In this document: positions 1 to 10,264 of the stretch, piece after piece
Layout of the letters: every line of letters begins with the position of its first letter
How positions within the stretch are numbered: the first letter of the stretch is position 1
Assembly: GCA_032123335.1 (NCBI GenBank)
Contig: JAQBFN010000020.1
Span: 7,540 to 71,539, forward strand
Length of the DNA stretch: 64,000 nt
Reading direction: 5' to 3'
From: Candidatus Micrarchaeota archaeon
Lineage (GTDB): Archaea; Micrarchaeota; Micrarchaeia; Anstonellales; Bilamarchaeaceae
Notes under the pieces: model-generated
What the model was told of the DNA's origin: nothing
What the model saw: the letters and a program-made list of their open reading frames with translations, nothing else
The model's database searches: none
Program-made: the position numbers and the translations under genes

Positions 1-2
1 AA

Positions 3-551
3 AAGCCGCTAAAGGACCTCAGGAAGCTCACAGTGAAAATCAAGAAGACCCTTGTGAAGGGAGTATCCGGAATCAAGAGGTCTGTGGTGATCAAGGACAA
101 GGGAGAATACTTTATTCGCGCATCCGGATTCAACATAAAGGACATTATGAAGCTCAAGAAAGTTGACCCTTCCAGGATTTACACAAATTCAGTAATGGAG
201 ATTGAAAAGACCTTCGGTATTGAGGCAGCAAGGAACGCAACCATAAGGGAAATGCAGAGCGTTATGGACCTCCAGGGCATCTCCGTTGACATCAGGCACA
301 TCATGCTCCTTGCAGATGCAATGACTTCGGATGGGAAGGTGAAATCCATCGGAAGGCACGGGCTTTCCGGAGAAAAAGCAGGAGTGATGGGCCGTGCAGC
401 GTTCGAGGAAACAATCAAGCACCTTGTAAATGCTTCAATTGTAGGGGAAGATGACGACCTTGTAGGAGTAACCGAGAACATAATCGTGGGCCAGACCATT
501 CCGATTGGAACAGGGAGAATCAAGCTCGGGATGAAGGCAACAAAGAAATAA
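3..551 (+). CDS. rpoA2: DNA-directed RNA polymerase subunit A'' (C-terminal part, 5' truncated by the window)
   Basis: GIEAARNA, VDIRHIMLLADAMT, RAAFEET and GVTENIIVGQ motifs; frame open to the window edge. Confidence 0.95.
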   Translation, partial: KPLKDLRKLTVKIKKTLVKGVSGIKRSVVIKDKGEYFIRASGFNIKDIMKLKKVDPSRIYTNSVMEIEKTFGIEAARNATIREMQSVMDLQGISVDIRHIMLLADAMTSDGKVKSIGRHGLSGEKAGVMGRAAFEETIKHLVNASIVGEDDDLVGVTENIIVGQTIPIGTGRIKLGMKATKK

Positions 552-581
552 TGTTAATTGATTAGATTAGAGGTAATACAA

Positions 582-692
582 ATGGAAGAAGAAAAGGTTG
601 AGATTGAGTGGTCTCCGACCACAGCCCTCGTTGGCAAAAAGCCAACTCGGTTGAGCGGACTCCGTCCACAACTCTCAACCTTTCCTGAGTAA
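582..692 (+). other. 36-codon uORF / duplicated rpl30e start region containing hairpins
   Basis: ATGGAAGAAGAAAAGGTTGAGA at 582-603 is identical to 721-742; both follow AGAGGTAA; translates MEEEKVEIEWSP...FPE*. Confidence 0.45.
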
Positions 693-720
693 TGCTAACA
701 AGAATAAAGAGGTAACATAC

Positions 721-1146
721 ATGGAAGAAGAAAAGGTTGAGAAAGCCCCAACGGCTGGAGGAACCCCGGAGACCAAAAGGAGAGTTCAGATAAAATCCAA
801 GAACAAGGTAATCCGGAAGAGGAAATCCAAGAAGGAAAAGGAGAACCCGCTTTCAAGTGCAATCCGCCTTGCGGTGGAGAGCGGAAAGGTGGGCTTTGGC
901 TCAAAGAAGGGAGTAAGAGAACTCCTGCTTGGAAGCGTTAAGCTGGTTGTGGTTGCAGGAAATGTGCCCCCCGCGCTCGCGGAAGATGTGAATAGATACG
1001 GGCAGATTTCCGAAATTCCCCTTGTGGACTTCCCGGGAACGAGCCTTGAATTGGGCTCAATCTGCGGAAAGCCGTTCCCGGTTTCCGTGCTCGCGGTTTA
1101 CGATGAAGGTGTTTCCAACATAATGGAATTTGGCAAGAAGAAGTGA
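721..1146 (+). CDS. rpl30e: 50S ribosomal protein L30e with basic N-terminal extension
   Basis: AVESGKVGFGSK...GTSLELGSICGKPF; conserved position between rpoA2 and nusA. Confidence 0.93.
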   Translation: MEEEKVEKAPTAGGTPETKRRVQIKSKNKVIRKRKSKKEKENPLSSAIRLAVESGKVGFGSKKGVRELLLGSVKLVVVAGNVPPALAEDVNRYGQISEIPLVDFPGTSLELGSICGKPFPVSVLAVYDEGVSNIMEFGKKK

Positions 1147-1580
1147 GATGCGTGGAAATAACCGGGGAAGACCTTAAGCTGATAAACCTATTCGAATCCG
1201 TTACAGGAGTTATCCCTTCAGACATGGAAATCGTGGGGGAGGGGATAGTTTTCCTTGTGGATGATGCCAACCTTGGCAAGGCAATAGGGAAAAAGGGCGC
1301 AAATATCCAGAAGCTGAGGGCGAAGCTTAACAAGAACGTGCTTGTTTCAAAGGATGACAATGAGCCGGAGGCGTTCCTCCGCGGCTTCTTCAACAACATA
1401 GAAATTCTCTCTTTCGAGATAAGGGAGGCGCCCGGGCAGAAGGTTGCATTCATCACAGTGCCCGACTCCCAGCGAGGAATCGCGATAGGGAGGGGTGGAA
1501 TAAGAGTGAAGGCAGCAAAGGCTTTCCTTAAAAAGAAGTTCGGAACTGACCTGATGCTCAAGACGCGGAGAGTGGGATAA
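1143..1580 (+). CDS. nusA: Archaeal NusA (KH-domain transcription factor)
   Basis: Two KH GxxG motifs (AIGKKG, AIGRGG); synteny. Confidence 0.92.
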   Translation: MRCVEITGEDLKLINLFESVTGVIPSDMEIVGEGIVFLVDDANLGKAIGKKGANIQKLRAKLNKNVLVSKDDNEPEAFLRGFFNNIEILSFEIREAPGQKVAFITVPDSQRGIAIGRGGIRVKAAKAFLKKKFGTDLMLKTRRVG

Positions 1581-1640
1581 TGTTTATAAACAAATCGATG
1601 CTAAGATGTAGACTACCGTCATATTTTCTTTGGTGATCAT

Positions 1641-2069
1641 ATGGGAAATGGTGAATTTGCAGGAAGAAACATAGAAAGGAAGAGGAAAAGGGAGCGCTGG
1701 CTTCGGAAGAAGTGGAAGAGGACTGCCCTTAAGCTTAAGAATAAGTTCGACCCTCTCGAGGGGGCGCCGCAGGCAAGCGGAATCGTCCTGGAGAAGGTGG
1801 TGCTTGAGCAGAAGCAGCCGCACTCAGGTCTTATCAAGTGCGTGAAGGTGCAGCTAATCAAGAACGGAAAGGTTGTAACCGCATTCCCCCCGAGAGATAA
1901 GGCAATCACATTCATTGATGAGCACGATACAGTGGTCATCGCAGGGCTGGGGGGTTCCCAGCGCGGCCAGATGGGCTCCATTCCCGGAGTTAGGTATAAG
2001 GTGGTCAGCATAAACGGAATTGACCTCCAGGCAATGAGGCACGGGAAGAAGGAGAAGGCCAAGAGGTAG
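1641..2069 (+). CDS. rps12: 30S ribosomal protein S12 (uS12)
   Basis: [20 protein letters not shown] and IPGVRYKVV motifs. Confidence 0.96.
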   Translation: MGNGEFAGRNIERKRKRERWLRKKWKRTALKLKNKFDPLEGAPQASGIVLEKVVLEQKQPHSGLIKCVKVQLIKNGKVVTAFPPRDKAITFIDEHDTVVIAGLGGSQRGQMGSIPGVRYKVVSINGIDLQAMRHGKKEKAKR

Positions 2070-2075
2070 ATTTGA

Positions 2076-2681
2076 ATGAAGCTCTTTGGAAAATACGAAC
2101 TAAGTGAGGTTGAAGTCAGGGACGTCAGCCTCAGGAGTGCACTCTCATTTGAGGGCGTTAATTACAGGGCACATACATTTGGAAGGCATGCAAAGAAGCA
2201 GCACGCAAAGACAAAGGTAAACGTGGTCGAGAGGCTCACAAATAAACTCATGAGAGGAGGAACAGGTGAGAAGACTTCCGGAAAGGTTATCCGCACAAAA
2301 GGGAGGCTGCAGGGAAAGAAGCAGCAGGTTCTCGGGGTTGTGGAAAAAGCTTTCGATATTGTTGCAGAGAAGACCAGCAAGAACCCTGTGCAGGTTCTCG
2401 TGGATGCGCTTGAGAACTCAGCGCCACGTGAAGAAGTCACAAGGGTATCCCACGGTGGAGTGAGCTACCAGATTGCGGTTGATGTCTCTTCTTCAAGAAG
2501 GTTGGATCTCGCACTCAGGAACATTACTCTTGCAGCGCTCATGCGTTCATTCAAGAAACCGGTTTCGCTTTCTGAATCACTTGCGAACGAGATCATTTAC
2601 TCAGCGAACAATGATGTGCAGAGCAGCTTTGCCATCAAGAAGCGTGATGAGGCAGAGAGGATGGCGAGGAGCGCAAGATAG
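2076..2681 (+). CDS. rps7: 30S ribosomal protein S7 (uS7)
   Basis: NPVQVLVDALENSAPREE, VDVSSSRRLDLALR and ERMARSAR motifs. Confidence 0.96.
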   Translation: MKLFGKYELSEVEVRDVSLRSALSFEGVNYRAHTFGRHAKKQHAKTKVNVVERLTNKLMRGGTGEKTSGKVIRTKGRLQGKKQQVLGVVEKAFDIVAEKTSKNPVQVLVDALENSAPREEVTRVSHGGVSYQIAVDVSSSRRLDLALRNITLAALMRSFKKPVSLSESLANEIIYSANNDVQSSFAIKKRDEAERMARSAR

Positions 2682-2719
2682 AGCTCCTTTATTTTTATTA
2701 TTTTTCTTTGGTGAAACTT

Positions 2720-4912
2720 ATGGTCAGGAAAGAAGTTGTAGTGGAAGAAGTACAGAAGATTATGGAAAACACGGCTAACGTGAGGAACATCGCAATTATC
2801 GCGCACGTTGACCATGGGAAGACTACCCTTACGGACTCTCTTGTTGCCAGGGCAGGCCTCATCTCAAAGGAGCTCGCAGGCGAGCAGAGAATGATGGACT
2901 TTGATGAGCAGGAGCAGGCACGTGGAATTACAATCAAGTCCGCGAACATCTCGCTCGGGTTCAAATATGAGGGCCAGGACCACCTCATTAACCTGATTGA
3001 TACCCCCGGTCACGTAGACTTCGGAGGGCACGTTACCCGTGCACTTCGTGCAGTAGACGGAGTATGCCTCGTTGTGGATGCAGTTGAGGGAGTTATGCCC
3101 CAGACCGAAACCGTGCTGAGGCAGGCGCTCAAAGAGCGCGCAAAACCCATAGTTTTCATCAATAAGGTGGACAGGCTCATCAATGAGATGAAGCTTGACC
3201 AGGCAGCAATGCAGGAGAAGCTTGTAAAGGTTATTACAGGAATCAACAAAATTCTCCTTGCAAACTGCCCCGCAGAATTCAAGAAGGAATGGGAAATCAA
3301 GATTGAGAATGCGAACATCTCATTCGGTTCCGCATTCCACAAGTGGGCAGTGAGCGCAGCTTCAATGCAGCGCTTCAACATCACATTCAAGGACATTTAC
3401 GAAAAGTGCAGGGACGGGGACCACCAGTTCCTGGTGGAGAAATCCCCCCTGGACGATGTGCTCCTGGAGATGGTAATCAAGAATCTCCCCAGCCCGCTGG
3501 TGTCCCAGAAATACAGGATGCCTGCAATCTGGAAAGGGGACCCGGAATCAGAGATGGGAAAGCAGATGATTCTCTGCGACAAGAGCGGCACGGCAATGGG
3601 TGTATGCTTTGGAGTAGTTTATGATGAGCATGCAGGGGAAGTCGGAGTCGTGAGGCTCTTCGCAGGAAGGCTTGCAAAGGGGGACCCGGTTTACGTATTC
3701 TCCAAGAAGAAGTTCTTCAAAGTGCAGCAGGTGGGAATTTACATGGGCCCGGACCGTGTGCCCGCAGAATTCCTCTGCGCAGGAAACATTGGCTCAATCG
3801 TAGGGCTCAAGGACATCTACATCGGCGAAACTTTATCCGGATCTGATGATGTGGAGCCATTTGAGGATATTAAGCACGTTTCCGAGCCCGTTGTTACAAA
3901 ATCCATTGAGGCAAAGGAGTCCAAGGATCTTGCGAAGCTCATTGAGGCCCTCAGGGGGCTTTCAAAGGAAGACCCAACCCTCAGGGTTACAATCAACCAG
4001 GAAACAGGGGAACACCTCATCTCAGGAATGGGTGAGCTCCATCTGGAAATCATTGAGTACAAGATTTCCAAGGAGAAGGGAATCAACATCATTACTTCGC
4101 CCCCGATTGTAGTTTACAGGGAAACAATTACCAATAAATCCGGTGTCGTGGAGGGCAAATCCCCGAACAAGCACAACAAGTTCAAGATGTACGTGGAGCC
4201 CCTTGACCCGAAAATCATGGAAGCAATTGACCTCGGAACGATTCCGCAGGGCAAGCCCAAGGGCAAGGAGCACATCCAGGCACTTGTTGACCTTGATATG
4301 CCTCGTGATGAAGCCAAAGGAATCTGGGACATCAAGGGCAGCAACATGTTCGTTGATGTTACCAAGGGTGTCCAATATCTGAACGAAGTGCAGGAACTCG
4401 TGATTGAGGCATTTGAGGAGGCCATGACCAAGGGCCCGCTTGCACAAGAAACTGTAACTGGAGTGAAGGTAACGCTTGTGGATGTGGCCCTGCACGAAGA
4501 TAATGTGCACAGGGGGCCTGCACAGGTAATCCCTGCAGTGAAGAGGCCGATTTACGCATGCATGATTAATGCTGGAGTTTCTTTGATGGAGCCGAAGCAG
4601 AAGGTCCTGATTACCACCCCACAGGAATACGGAGGGGATGTAATCAACATGACCAACGGAAGGCGTGGGGTTCTGCTTAACATGGAACAGGAGGGTGAGA
4701 CCTCAGTAGTGCATAGTATTCTGCCTGTTGCTGAGCTCTTCGGGTTCTCCAACGCAATCCGAGGCTCCACACAAGGCCGCGCAACCTGGTACCAGGAATA
4801 CTATGGGTATGAAAATGTGCCCAAGGACCTGGTTCCTAAGATTGTGAGGCACATCCGTGAGAGGAAAGGCCTCCAGCCCGAGCCGCCTACAGTCCAGACC
4901 TTCCTGGAATAG
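2720..4912 (+). CDS. fusA: Translation elongation factor 2 (aEF-2)
   Basis: AHVDHGKTT, RGITI, DTPGHVDF, NKVD; diphthamide loop LHEDNVHRGPAQ; ATG at 2720 follows a GGTGA SD. Confidence 0.97.
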   Translation: MVRKEVVVEEVQKIMENTANVRNIAIIAHVDHGKTTLTDSLVARAGLISKELAGEQRMMDFDEQEQARGITIKSANISLGFKYEGQDHLINLIDTPGHVDFGGHVTRALRAVDGVCLVVDAVEGVMPQTETVLRQALKERAKPIVFINKVDRLINEMKLDQAAMQEKLVKVITGINKILLANCPAEFKKEWEIKIENANISFGSAFHKWAVSAASMQRFNITFKDIYEKCRDGDHQFLVEKSPLDDVLLEMVIKNLPSPLVSQKYRMPAIWKGDPESEMGKQMILCDKSGTAMGVCFGVVYDEHAGEVGVVRLFAGRLAKGDPVYVFSKKKFFKVQQVGIYMGPDRVPAEFLCAGNIGSIVGLKDIYIGETLSGSDDVEPFEDIKHVSEPVVTKSIEAKESKDLAKLIEALRGLSKEDPTLRVTINQETGEHLISGMGELHLEIIEYKISKEKGINIITSPPIVVYRETITNKSGVVEGKSPNKHNKFKMYVEPLDPKIMEAIDLGTIPQGKPKGKEHIQALVDLDMPRDEAKGIWDIKGSNMFVDVTKGVQYLNEVQELVIEAFEEAMTKGPLAQETVTGVKVTLVDVALHEDNVHRGPAQVIPAVKRPIYACMINAGVSLMEPKQKVLITTPQEYGGDVINMTNGRRGVLLNMEQEGETSVVHSILPVAELFGFSNAIRGSTQGRATWYQEYYGYENVPKDLVPKIVRHIRERKGLQPEPPTVQTFLE

Positions 4913-4955
4913 TTCTTTTCTTTTTTCCTTTTTCTTATCTTATTTCTGTTTTTAC
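4913..4955 (+). terminator. T-rich tract, probable archaeal terminator after fusA
   Basis: Oligo-T/pyrimidine run directly after the fusA stop. Confidence 0.5.
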
Positions 4956-4987
4956 TAGGGTGTATGTAACCATGGTTACATAGCACT

Positions 4988-5770
4988 TCAAACAGCCCTA
5001 GCAAGTATACCTTGCAGGCGGGCTTTCTTCTTCAGAACTTTCCACCCACACTCCTCCAGCCTATTAGCAACTTCCCCCATAATATCCCGCTTCTTTTTCC
5101 CCATGCTCCCCACATAATGGAAAAGCAAAGCATCCTTTTTGCAAATCCTCCTAAGCTCCCTATAGAGTTCCCGCGAATACAATTCCCCAGCTTTACTAAA
5201 CCTGGGAGGATCATGAATTACTTTTGTAAATTTCTCATCCTCCGCCCCCCTAATATAATCAAAACAGCTCTTCTCCCCAACAACCTCAATCCTTTTTCTC
5301 TCGAAAAGCTCCCTGCTCCACGGATTCCACTTCGCCATTGCAATCACCGCAGGCGAAAGCTCAACCGTAACAACCTTATCCGCTTTTTTGCTTGCAGCAA
5401 TTGCAGTGTACCCCAACCCCATGCAGGTATCCAGCACAACATCGCTCTGCACAAGCCTCAGTTCTCTCACAACCAATTTAGAATAATCAAATATATCTTC
5501 AAACTCTTTCACCAGATGCATCCTGAGCCCATCAATTTCCAGTATCGGCTTTCCTTTCATCATCCGCAGCCTATACAATCCATTATCAAAAACAGCAACC
5601 TTCCAAAGCTCCTTCCCATTCCATGCATAAACAAAATCCCCCTTTACTTCCTCCAGCGGAGCCCCCTCAAGCTCATCAGTAACCTCAATCGTGCTCCTCC
5701 CCAAATCCAGGGAAAGCTTCCGCTTCCCATCCAGATATTTCTCAACAAGCTCCTTCGTTAAATAAATCAT
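4988..5770 (-). CDS. Predicted archaeal SAM-dependent methyltransferase (COG2521-like)
   Basis: VLDTCMGLGYTA motif I; IHDPPRFSKAGELYS; LFHYVG. Confidence 0.82.
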   Translation of the reverse strand: MIYLTKELVEKYLDGKRKLSLDLGRSTIEVTDELEGAPLEEVKGDFVYAWNGKELWKVAVFDNGLYRLRMMKGKPILEIDGLRMHLVKEFEDIFDYSKLVVRELRLVQSDVVLDTCMGLGYTAIAASKKADKVVTVELSPAVIAMAKWNPWSRELFERKRIEVVGEKSCFDYIRGAEDEKFTKVIHDPPRFSKAGELYSRELYRELRRICKKDALLFHYVGSMGKKKRDIMGEVANRLEECGWKVLKKKARLQGILARAV

Positions 5771-5822
5771 TTAATCTCAATCCTCCCGAACCGCGGAGGG
5801 GGACACCCCCTCCCCAGATTTT

Positions 5823-7100
5823 TCATTTTATATCAATCCAGTCTGTTTCCATGTAGCCCTGGAGCGCCTTTGGCACCCTAATTCCCTTATCTTCCTGGTG
5901 ATTTTCCACCAGAGAAATAAAGCACCTCCCCACAGCCACACCGCTTCCATTCAAGGTATGCACAAACTCATTCTTTCCCTCCCTCCTGAACTTGATATTT
6001 GCCCTTCTCGCCTGGAACCCCTCGCAATTCGAGCAGGAGCTAATCTCCCTGTACTTGTCCTGGCTCGGAATCCACACCTCCAAATCATATGTTTTAGTGG
6101 CCCCAAAGCCCAAATCCCCGGTGCACAGCTCAATAACCCTATAAGGCAACTCAAGCCCCTGCAGAACCTTTTCCGCATCTACAGTAAGCGATTCAAGCTC
6201 CTTGTAGCTCTCCTCCGGTTTTGCAAACTTAACCAGTTCCACTTTCCCAAACTGGTGCTGCCTCATCAGCCCTTTAATATCCCTTCCATATTCTCCCGCT
6301 TCCCTCCTGAAACACTGCGTAAATGCACAATACTTAAGCGGAAGCTTCTCCTCCCCCAAAACCTCATCCCTGTGCACGTTCACAAGCGGAACCTCCGCAG
6401 TCGGAATCATCCACAGCTGGTTCTGGATTTCCGCTTCCTCGGTCTGGTACAAATCCGTCCTGAATTTCGGGAGCTGCCCCGTTCCCACAAGGCACTCCTC
6501 CTTAACCATGTACGGAAGCCCAAACTCCGTATACCCGGCGCTCTCCGCCATCTTAAGCATATACTGCGCAAGCGTCCTCTCCAGCTTTGCAGCCCATCCC
6601 TTCATTATCGTAAACCTGTGCCCCCCAAGCTTGGCCCCCCTCTCAAAATCAATCGCCCCCGTACGCGCCCCAAGCTCATAGTGCGGTTCCACATCCCCAC
6701 TCTTCTTTGAAGGCTTTCCCCACTTCCTCAGTTCCACATTCCCACTCTCATCCTTCCCCTCCGGAACACTATCATGCGGGATATTCGGAATAGTAAGCAT
6801 CAACGCATTTCTTTTCTCCTCAAATTTTTTCTCCGCCTCCCCGATTTTCTCAAGCTTTTTCGCAATCTTCTCCCCCTTCTCCAGCAGTTCTGAAGCATCA
6901 TCCCCCTTCTTTTTCGCTTCCGCTATCTGTGGCCCCAGTTTGTTCCGCTCAGCCCGAAGCTCGTCCGCCTCCCCCTTCTCATTTCTCCACTCCTCATCCA
7001 GCTTTACCATCTTCTCCAAAATCCCCCCATCTTCCCCCCTGAGTGCAAGAGCCTTCTCCACTTTTTCCGGCTCCTTCCTGAGCAATTCTGTGTCAATCAT
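5823..7100 (-). CDS. serS: Serine--tRNA ligase (standard type)
   Basis: N-terminal coiled coil; IPTAEVPL, FRREAG, RQHQFGKVE, EISSCSNC, HTLNGSG. Confidence 0.97.
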   Translation of the reverse strand: MIDTELLRKEPEKVEKALALRGEDGGILEKMVKLDEEWRNEKGEADELRAERNKLGPQIAEAKKKGDDASELLEKGEKIAKKLEKIGEAEKKFEEKRNALMLTIPNIPHDSVPEGKDESGNVELRKWGKPSKKSGDVEPHYELGARTGAIDFERGAKLGGHRFTIMKGWAAKLERTLAQYMLKMAESAGYTEFGLPYMVKEECLVGTGQLPKFRTDLYQTEEAEIQNQLWMIPTAEVPLVNVHRDEVLGEEKLPLKYCAFTQCFRREAGEYGRDIKGLMRQHQFGKVELVKFAKPEESYKELESLTVDAEKVLQGLELPYRVIELCTGDLGFGATKTYDLEVWIPSQDKYREISSCSNCEGFQARRANIKFRREGKNEFVHTLNGSGVAVGRCFISLVENHQEDKGIRVPKALQGYMETDWIDIK

Positions 7101-7250
7101 GAACATTACCTCTCAATATCTCTATTCAGAAATCTTTAAATCCCCAGTGGCGTATTGGAGCACTTCCATAACCCCACTGCAGCACGTACTCCAAAACGCC
7201 AACATCACGCTTTTAATATATTTCCATAAATAGAATTTCCTGCTTAATCA

Positions 7251-7325
7251 GCTCCTGTAGTCTAGCCCGGTCAAGGACTCCGGACTCTCACTCCGGTAGC
7301 CCGGGTTCGAATCCCGGCGGGAGCA
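7251..7325 (+). tRNA. tRNA-Glu (CTC)
   Basis: Acceptor GCTCCTG/CGGGAGC; anticodon arm CCGGA-CTCTCAC-TCCGG; GGTTCGAATCCC T-arm. Confidence 0.95.
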
Positions 7326-7360
7326 CTTCAATTTTTATAATCATTATTCGTTTCTAAGCT

Positions 7361-8056
7361 ATGCCTTCTGCAAAAGAAATCCTTTCCAAACTCAAAAAAC
7401 TCGAAAACAAAAAGAACAAAGAAGGAATGGCCCGCTACGGAATAAACACAGAAAATGCATATGGAATTTCCCTCCCAATTCTCAGGAAAATAGCCAAAGA
7501 CCTCAAGACAGACCACAAACTCTCAATTGAACTCTGGAAAACCAAGAACCATGAAGCAAGGATGCTCGCCTGCTTTATAGGCGACCCAAAGCAAGTTACT
7601 GAATCCCAGATGGAATCATGGGTTAAGGATTTCAACTCATGGGATATCTGCGACCAGTGCTGCAGCAACCTTTTCGACCGTACTCCATATGCCTACAAAA
7701 AAGCAGCAGAATGGGCAAAAAGAAAAGAGGAATTTGTAAAGCGTGCAGGGTTTGTTTTAATGGCCGCCCTCTCAGTTCACGACAAGAAAGCTCTGGATTC
7801 CAAATTCACCAAATTCTTTCCCCTGATAAAAAAACATTCCACCGACGAAAGAAACTACGTAAAAAAAGCAGTGAACTGGACCCTCCGCCAAATCGGAAAG
7901 CGCAATCTCCCCCTAAACAAAAAAGCAATCCAACTGGTAAAAGAAATAAAGAAAATCGATTCAAAATCCGCAAGATGGATCGCTTCCGATGCGCTAAGGG
8001 AGCTCGAAAGCCCCAAAGTACAGCAAAGGCTAAAAAAGGCAAAACCCAAAAAGTGA
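7361..8056 (+). CDS. DNA alkylation repair protein (AlkD-like HEAT-repeat glycosylase)
   Basis: FNSWDICDQCC, EEFVKRAGF, DERNYVKKAVNWTLRQIGKRN. Confidence 0.88.
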   Translation: MPSAKEILSKLKKLENKKNKEGMARYGINTENAYGISLPILRKIAKDLKTDHKLSIELWKTKNHEARMLACFIGDPKQVTESQMESWVKDFNSWDICDQCCSNLFDRTPYAYKKAAEWAKRKEEFVKRAGFVLMAALSVHDKKALDSKFTKFFPLIKKHSTDERNYVKKAVNWTLRQIGKRNLPLNKKAIQLVKEIKKIDSKSARWIASDALRELESPKVQQRLKKAKPKK

Positions 8057-8060
8057 AACC

Positions 8061-8378
8061 ATGCTCAAATATGCATTCTTCGCCCTATTGCTCTTTTCCC
8101 TCTCTTTCAGCGTAGTAGGCGCTCAGTGCCACGACTTCGAGCAGTACTGCAAAAAGGAATCCTGCACCAGGGCCGGCGGGCAAATAAATGAATACAACAC
8201 CTGCTCAAAACCAGAAGGATTCAATGAAGAAATATACAAGGAAGAACTGGACAACTGCGCGTTCAATTACGATTACTGCGTAGAAAACGATGGAGTAGTA
8301 CGGAACATGTCCTGCTGTGGCCCAGTATTCATTTTCCTGTTTGCGCTACTGGTCCTCTATGCGGATGGTACTCGATAA
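8061..8378 (+). CDS. Small secreted Cys-rich protein with CGP-CTERM-like anchor
   Basis: Signal peptide, multiple Cys, C-terminal CCGP followed by a hydrophobic helix. Confidence 0.7.
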   Translation: MLKYAFFALLLFSLSFSVVGAQCHDFEQYCKKESCTRAGGQINEYNTCSKPEGFNEEIYKEELDNCAFNYDYCVENDGVVRNMSCCGPVFIFLFALLVLYADGTR

Positions 8379-9510
8379 TAGTCTTCTTTTTCCCATCAAA
8401 ATCATCCATTATCTTTTTTCCCAGCACCACAAATCCTGAGAGAAGCACTGCAGAAAACACAAACATTGCTTCCGTCCCAAACGCTTCAAGTGCAAAACCC
8501 GCACCTGCAAATACCACGAAAGCCCCAAGATTAGTAGGTGCAATAAGCGTTGCAATCCTCGCTGAAACCCCCCGTTTCCCAGCTTCCACAAGGTACCCAA
8601 TCATACCCTCATTCAGCCCAAAGCAAACCCCGAACCCAAACCCTGCCAGCATAAGCACCGCGCTGAAGTACTGCCCTGCAAAAGGAAGCATAACAATCAT
8701 TGGAATCGCCATAAGCTGGAAGAACAGCAGCCTGCCCTCATCCATTTTCATCCTTACGCTCAGTAAACTCCCCATCCCCATGGACAGGTAGAATGCAGTA
8801 AGCATAATCGCAATCTCAAGGTAGCTCATTCCCATGTCAATGTCCATCATTACCGGAAGCAGGAAAGTGAACAGCAGCATAAACGAAACATTCACAAGCA
8901 CAACTGCAGCAGACACATGCCAGAAATCCAGGTGCCTCTTTTGTATATTGAACAGGCTCCTCCAATCCGGCTTTTCCATATTCGCTCCCCTATTCACAAG
9001 AGTAAGCGAAATCACTATCCCCACAAGCCCAATCGCAATAAGGACCGCAAAAACCATCTCGAACGAAAAATAAGCTATAATCAGCCCTGCCCCAATCAGC
9101 CCCATCGCAGCCCCAAAAGATCTCAAAACCCCCATCAATGTCAGGTACTTTTTCTCATGCGCCCTCGCCATTATCGCAGTACGGTCCACTGCCCAGAAAA
9201 ATGCATCCGTAGCACCCTCACTTATTTTCCCAAGCCCAAACATCAAAGGTGTTTTCGCAAACAGCAGAATCACATTAGTTATCGTATGGAAAACAGTATT
9301 TGCAATAAAGAATGGCTTCACCCCCTTCACATCCGCAAACACAGAAGAAATAGTCCTCACAATCAGGAACGCAAGCGGAAGCAAAGAAAGAATCAGCCCA
9401 ATCTCCCCAACATCTATCCCCCGGCTGATAAGGTAAAGCGGAAGCGTAACCGTAAGCGCCCCATACTTAAATTGCTGGATGAAGTTGAGAGTGCCTATCT
9501 TCCTGAGCAT
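8329..9510 (-). CDS. MFS transporter
   Basis: About 12 hydrophobic segments; motif-A-like SSVFADVKGVK. Confidence 0.8.
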   Translation of the reverse strand: MLRKIGTLNFIQQFKYGALTVTLPLYLISRGIDVGEIGLILSLLPLAFLIVRTISSVFADVKGVKPFFIANTVFHTITNVILLFAKTPLMFGLGKISEGATDAFFWAVDRTAIMARAHEKKYLTLMGVLRSFGAAMGLIGAGLIIAYFSFEMVFAVLIAIGLVGIVISLTLVNRGANMEKPDWRSLFNIQKRHLDFWHVSAAVVLVNVSFMLLFTFLLPVMMDIDMGMSYLEIAIMLTAFYLSMGMGSLLSVRMKMDEGRLLFFQLMAIPMIVMLPFAGQYFSAVLMLAGFGFGVCFGLNEGMIGYLVEAGKRGVSARIATLIAPTNLGAFVVFAGAGFALEAFGTEAMFVFSAVLLSGFVVLGKKIMDDFDGKKKTIIEYHPHRGPVAQTGK

Positions 9511-9579
9511 GTTCTTTCTTCCCCTTCTCCTTTCACTATTCCCTTAACCTTTTAATTTAATTCCCCCACTTCTCTCCCT

Positions 9580-10221
9580 ATGCTCGATGAACAGCTCAGG
9601 GAACAGGTAAGGAAAAAACTCTCTTCCGAAATGAAGGGAAACGTAAAGCTTATACTTTTTGGTGAAGGCAACGACTGCACTTACTGCCTTGAATACAAAG
9701 AACTCGTAGAAGAACTCGCATCCCTAAGCGAAAAACTCTCATCAGAAGTCCATCCCTTTTCTTCCCCGGAGCGCGAAAAATACGGCGTAGACATCGCCCC
9801 CTCTTTAGTAGTTTATTCCGAAGAGCACGATACAAGCGCAATCTTTTGCGGACCCCCCGGCTCCCATTTTTTCATAATCCTGCTCGAAGACATACTCGAT
9901 GCCTCCCGCGGTTCCCCCGATATCTCCAAAGAAGTAATTGAAAAAGCAAAAGCCATAGATTTCCCCGTAAAAATCCGGGTGTTCGCTTCCCAGACCTGCC
10001 CCCACTGCCCCCCCGCAGTAAAAGCGGCGCACGATTTTTCCCTCATCAACCCAAAAATAAAAGCCCAGATGGTCAACAGCTCCTTTTTCCCTGCACTCTG
10101 CCAAAAATACCGCGTAATGGGAGTCCCCAAAACAGTAATCAATGATAGGATCGAATTCACGGGTGCGCAGCCCCCAAGCGAGCTCCTGAAACACATCCTC
10201 AGGCTTAAGGAAAATCCCTGA
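9580..10221 (+). CDS. Protein disulfide oxidoreductase (two thioredoxin folds)
   Basis: CTYC and CPHC motifs; VMGVPKTVIN; FTGAQP. Confidence 0.9.
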   Translation: MLDEQLREQVRKKLSSEMKGNVKLILFGEGNDCTYCLEYKELVEELASLSEKLSSEVHPFSSPEREKYGVDIAPSLVVYSEEHDTSAIFCGPPGSHFFIILLEDILDASRGSPDISKEVIEKAKAIDFPVKIRVFASQTCPHCPPAVKAAHDFSLINPKIKAQMVNSSFFPALCQKYRVMGVPKTVINDRIEFTGAQPPSELLKHILRLKENP

Positions 10222-10264
10222 CATGGGAAACCCTTAAATACCTATTATCACCGAATAAACACGT

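Noticed and set aside
2720-4912. Inteins or loss of the diphthamide site in EF-2; inteins in Lon or Top6
   Set aside because: Protein lengths are normal or short, no intein motifs were seen, and the HRG diphthamide loop is intact.
5012-6710. Long + strand ORFs antisense to the methyltransferase and serS (similar ones at 33968-35008, 37595-38491 and 39107-40045)
   Set aside because: Shadow ORFs opposite well-supported genes, produced by codon bias; they contain no recognisable motifs.
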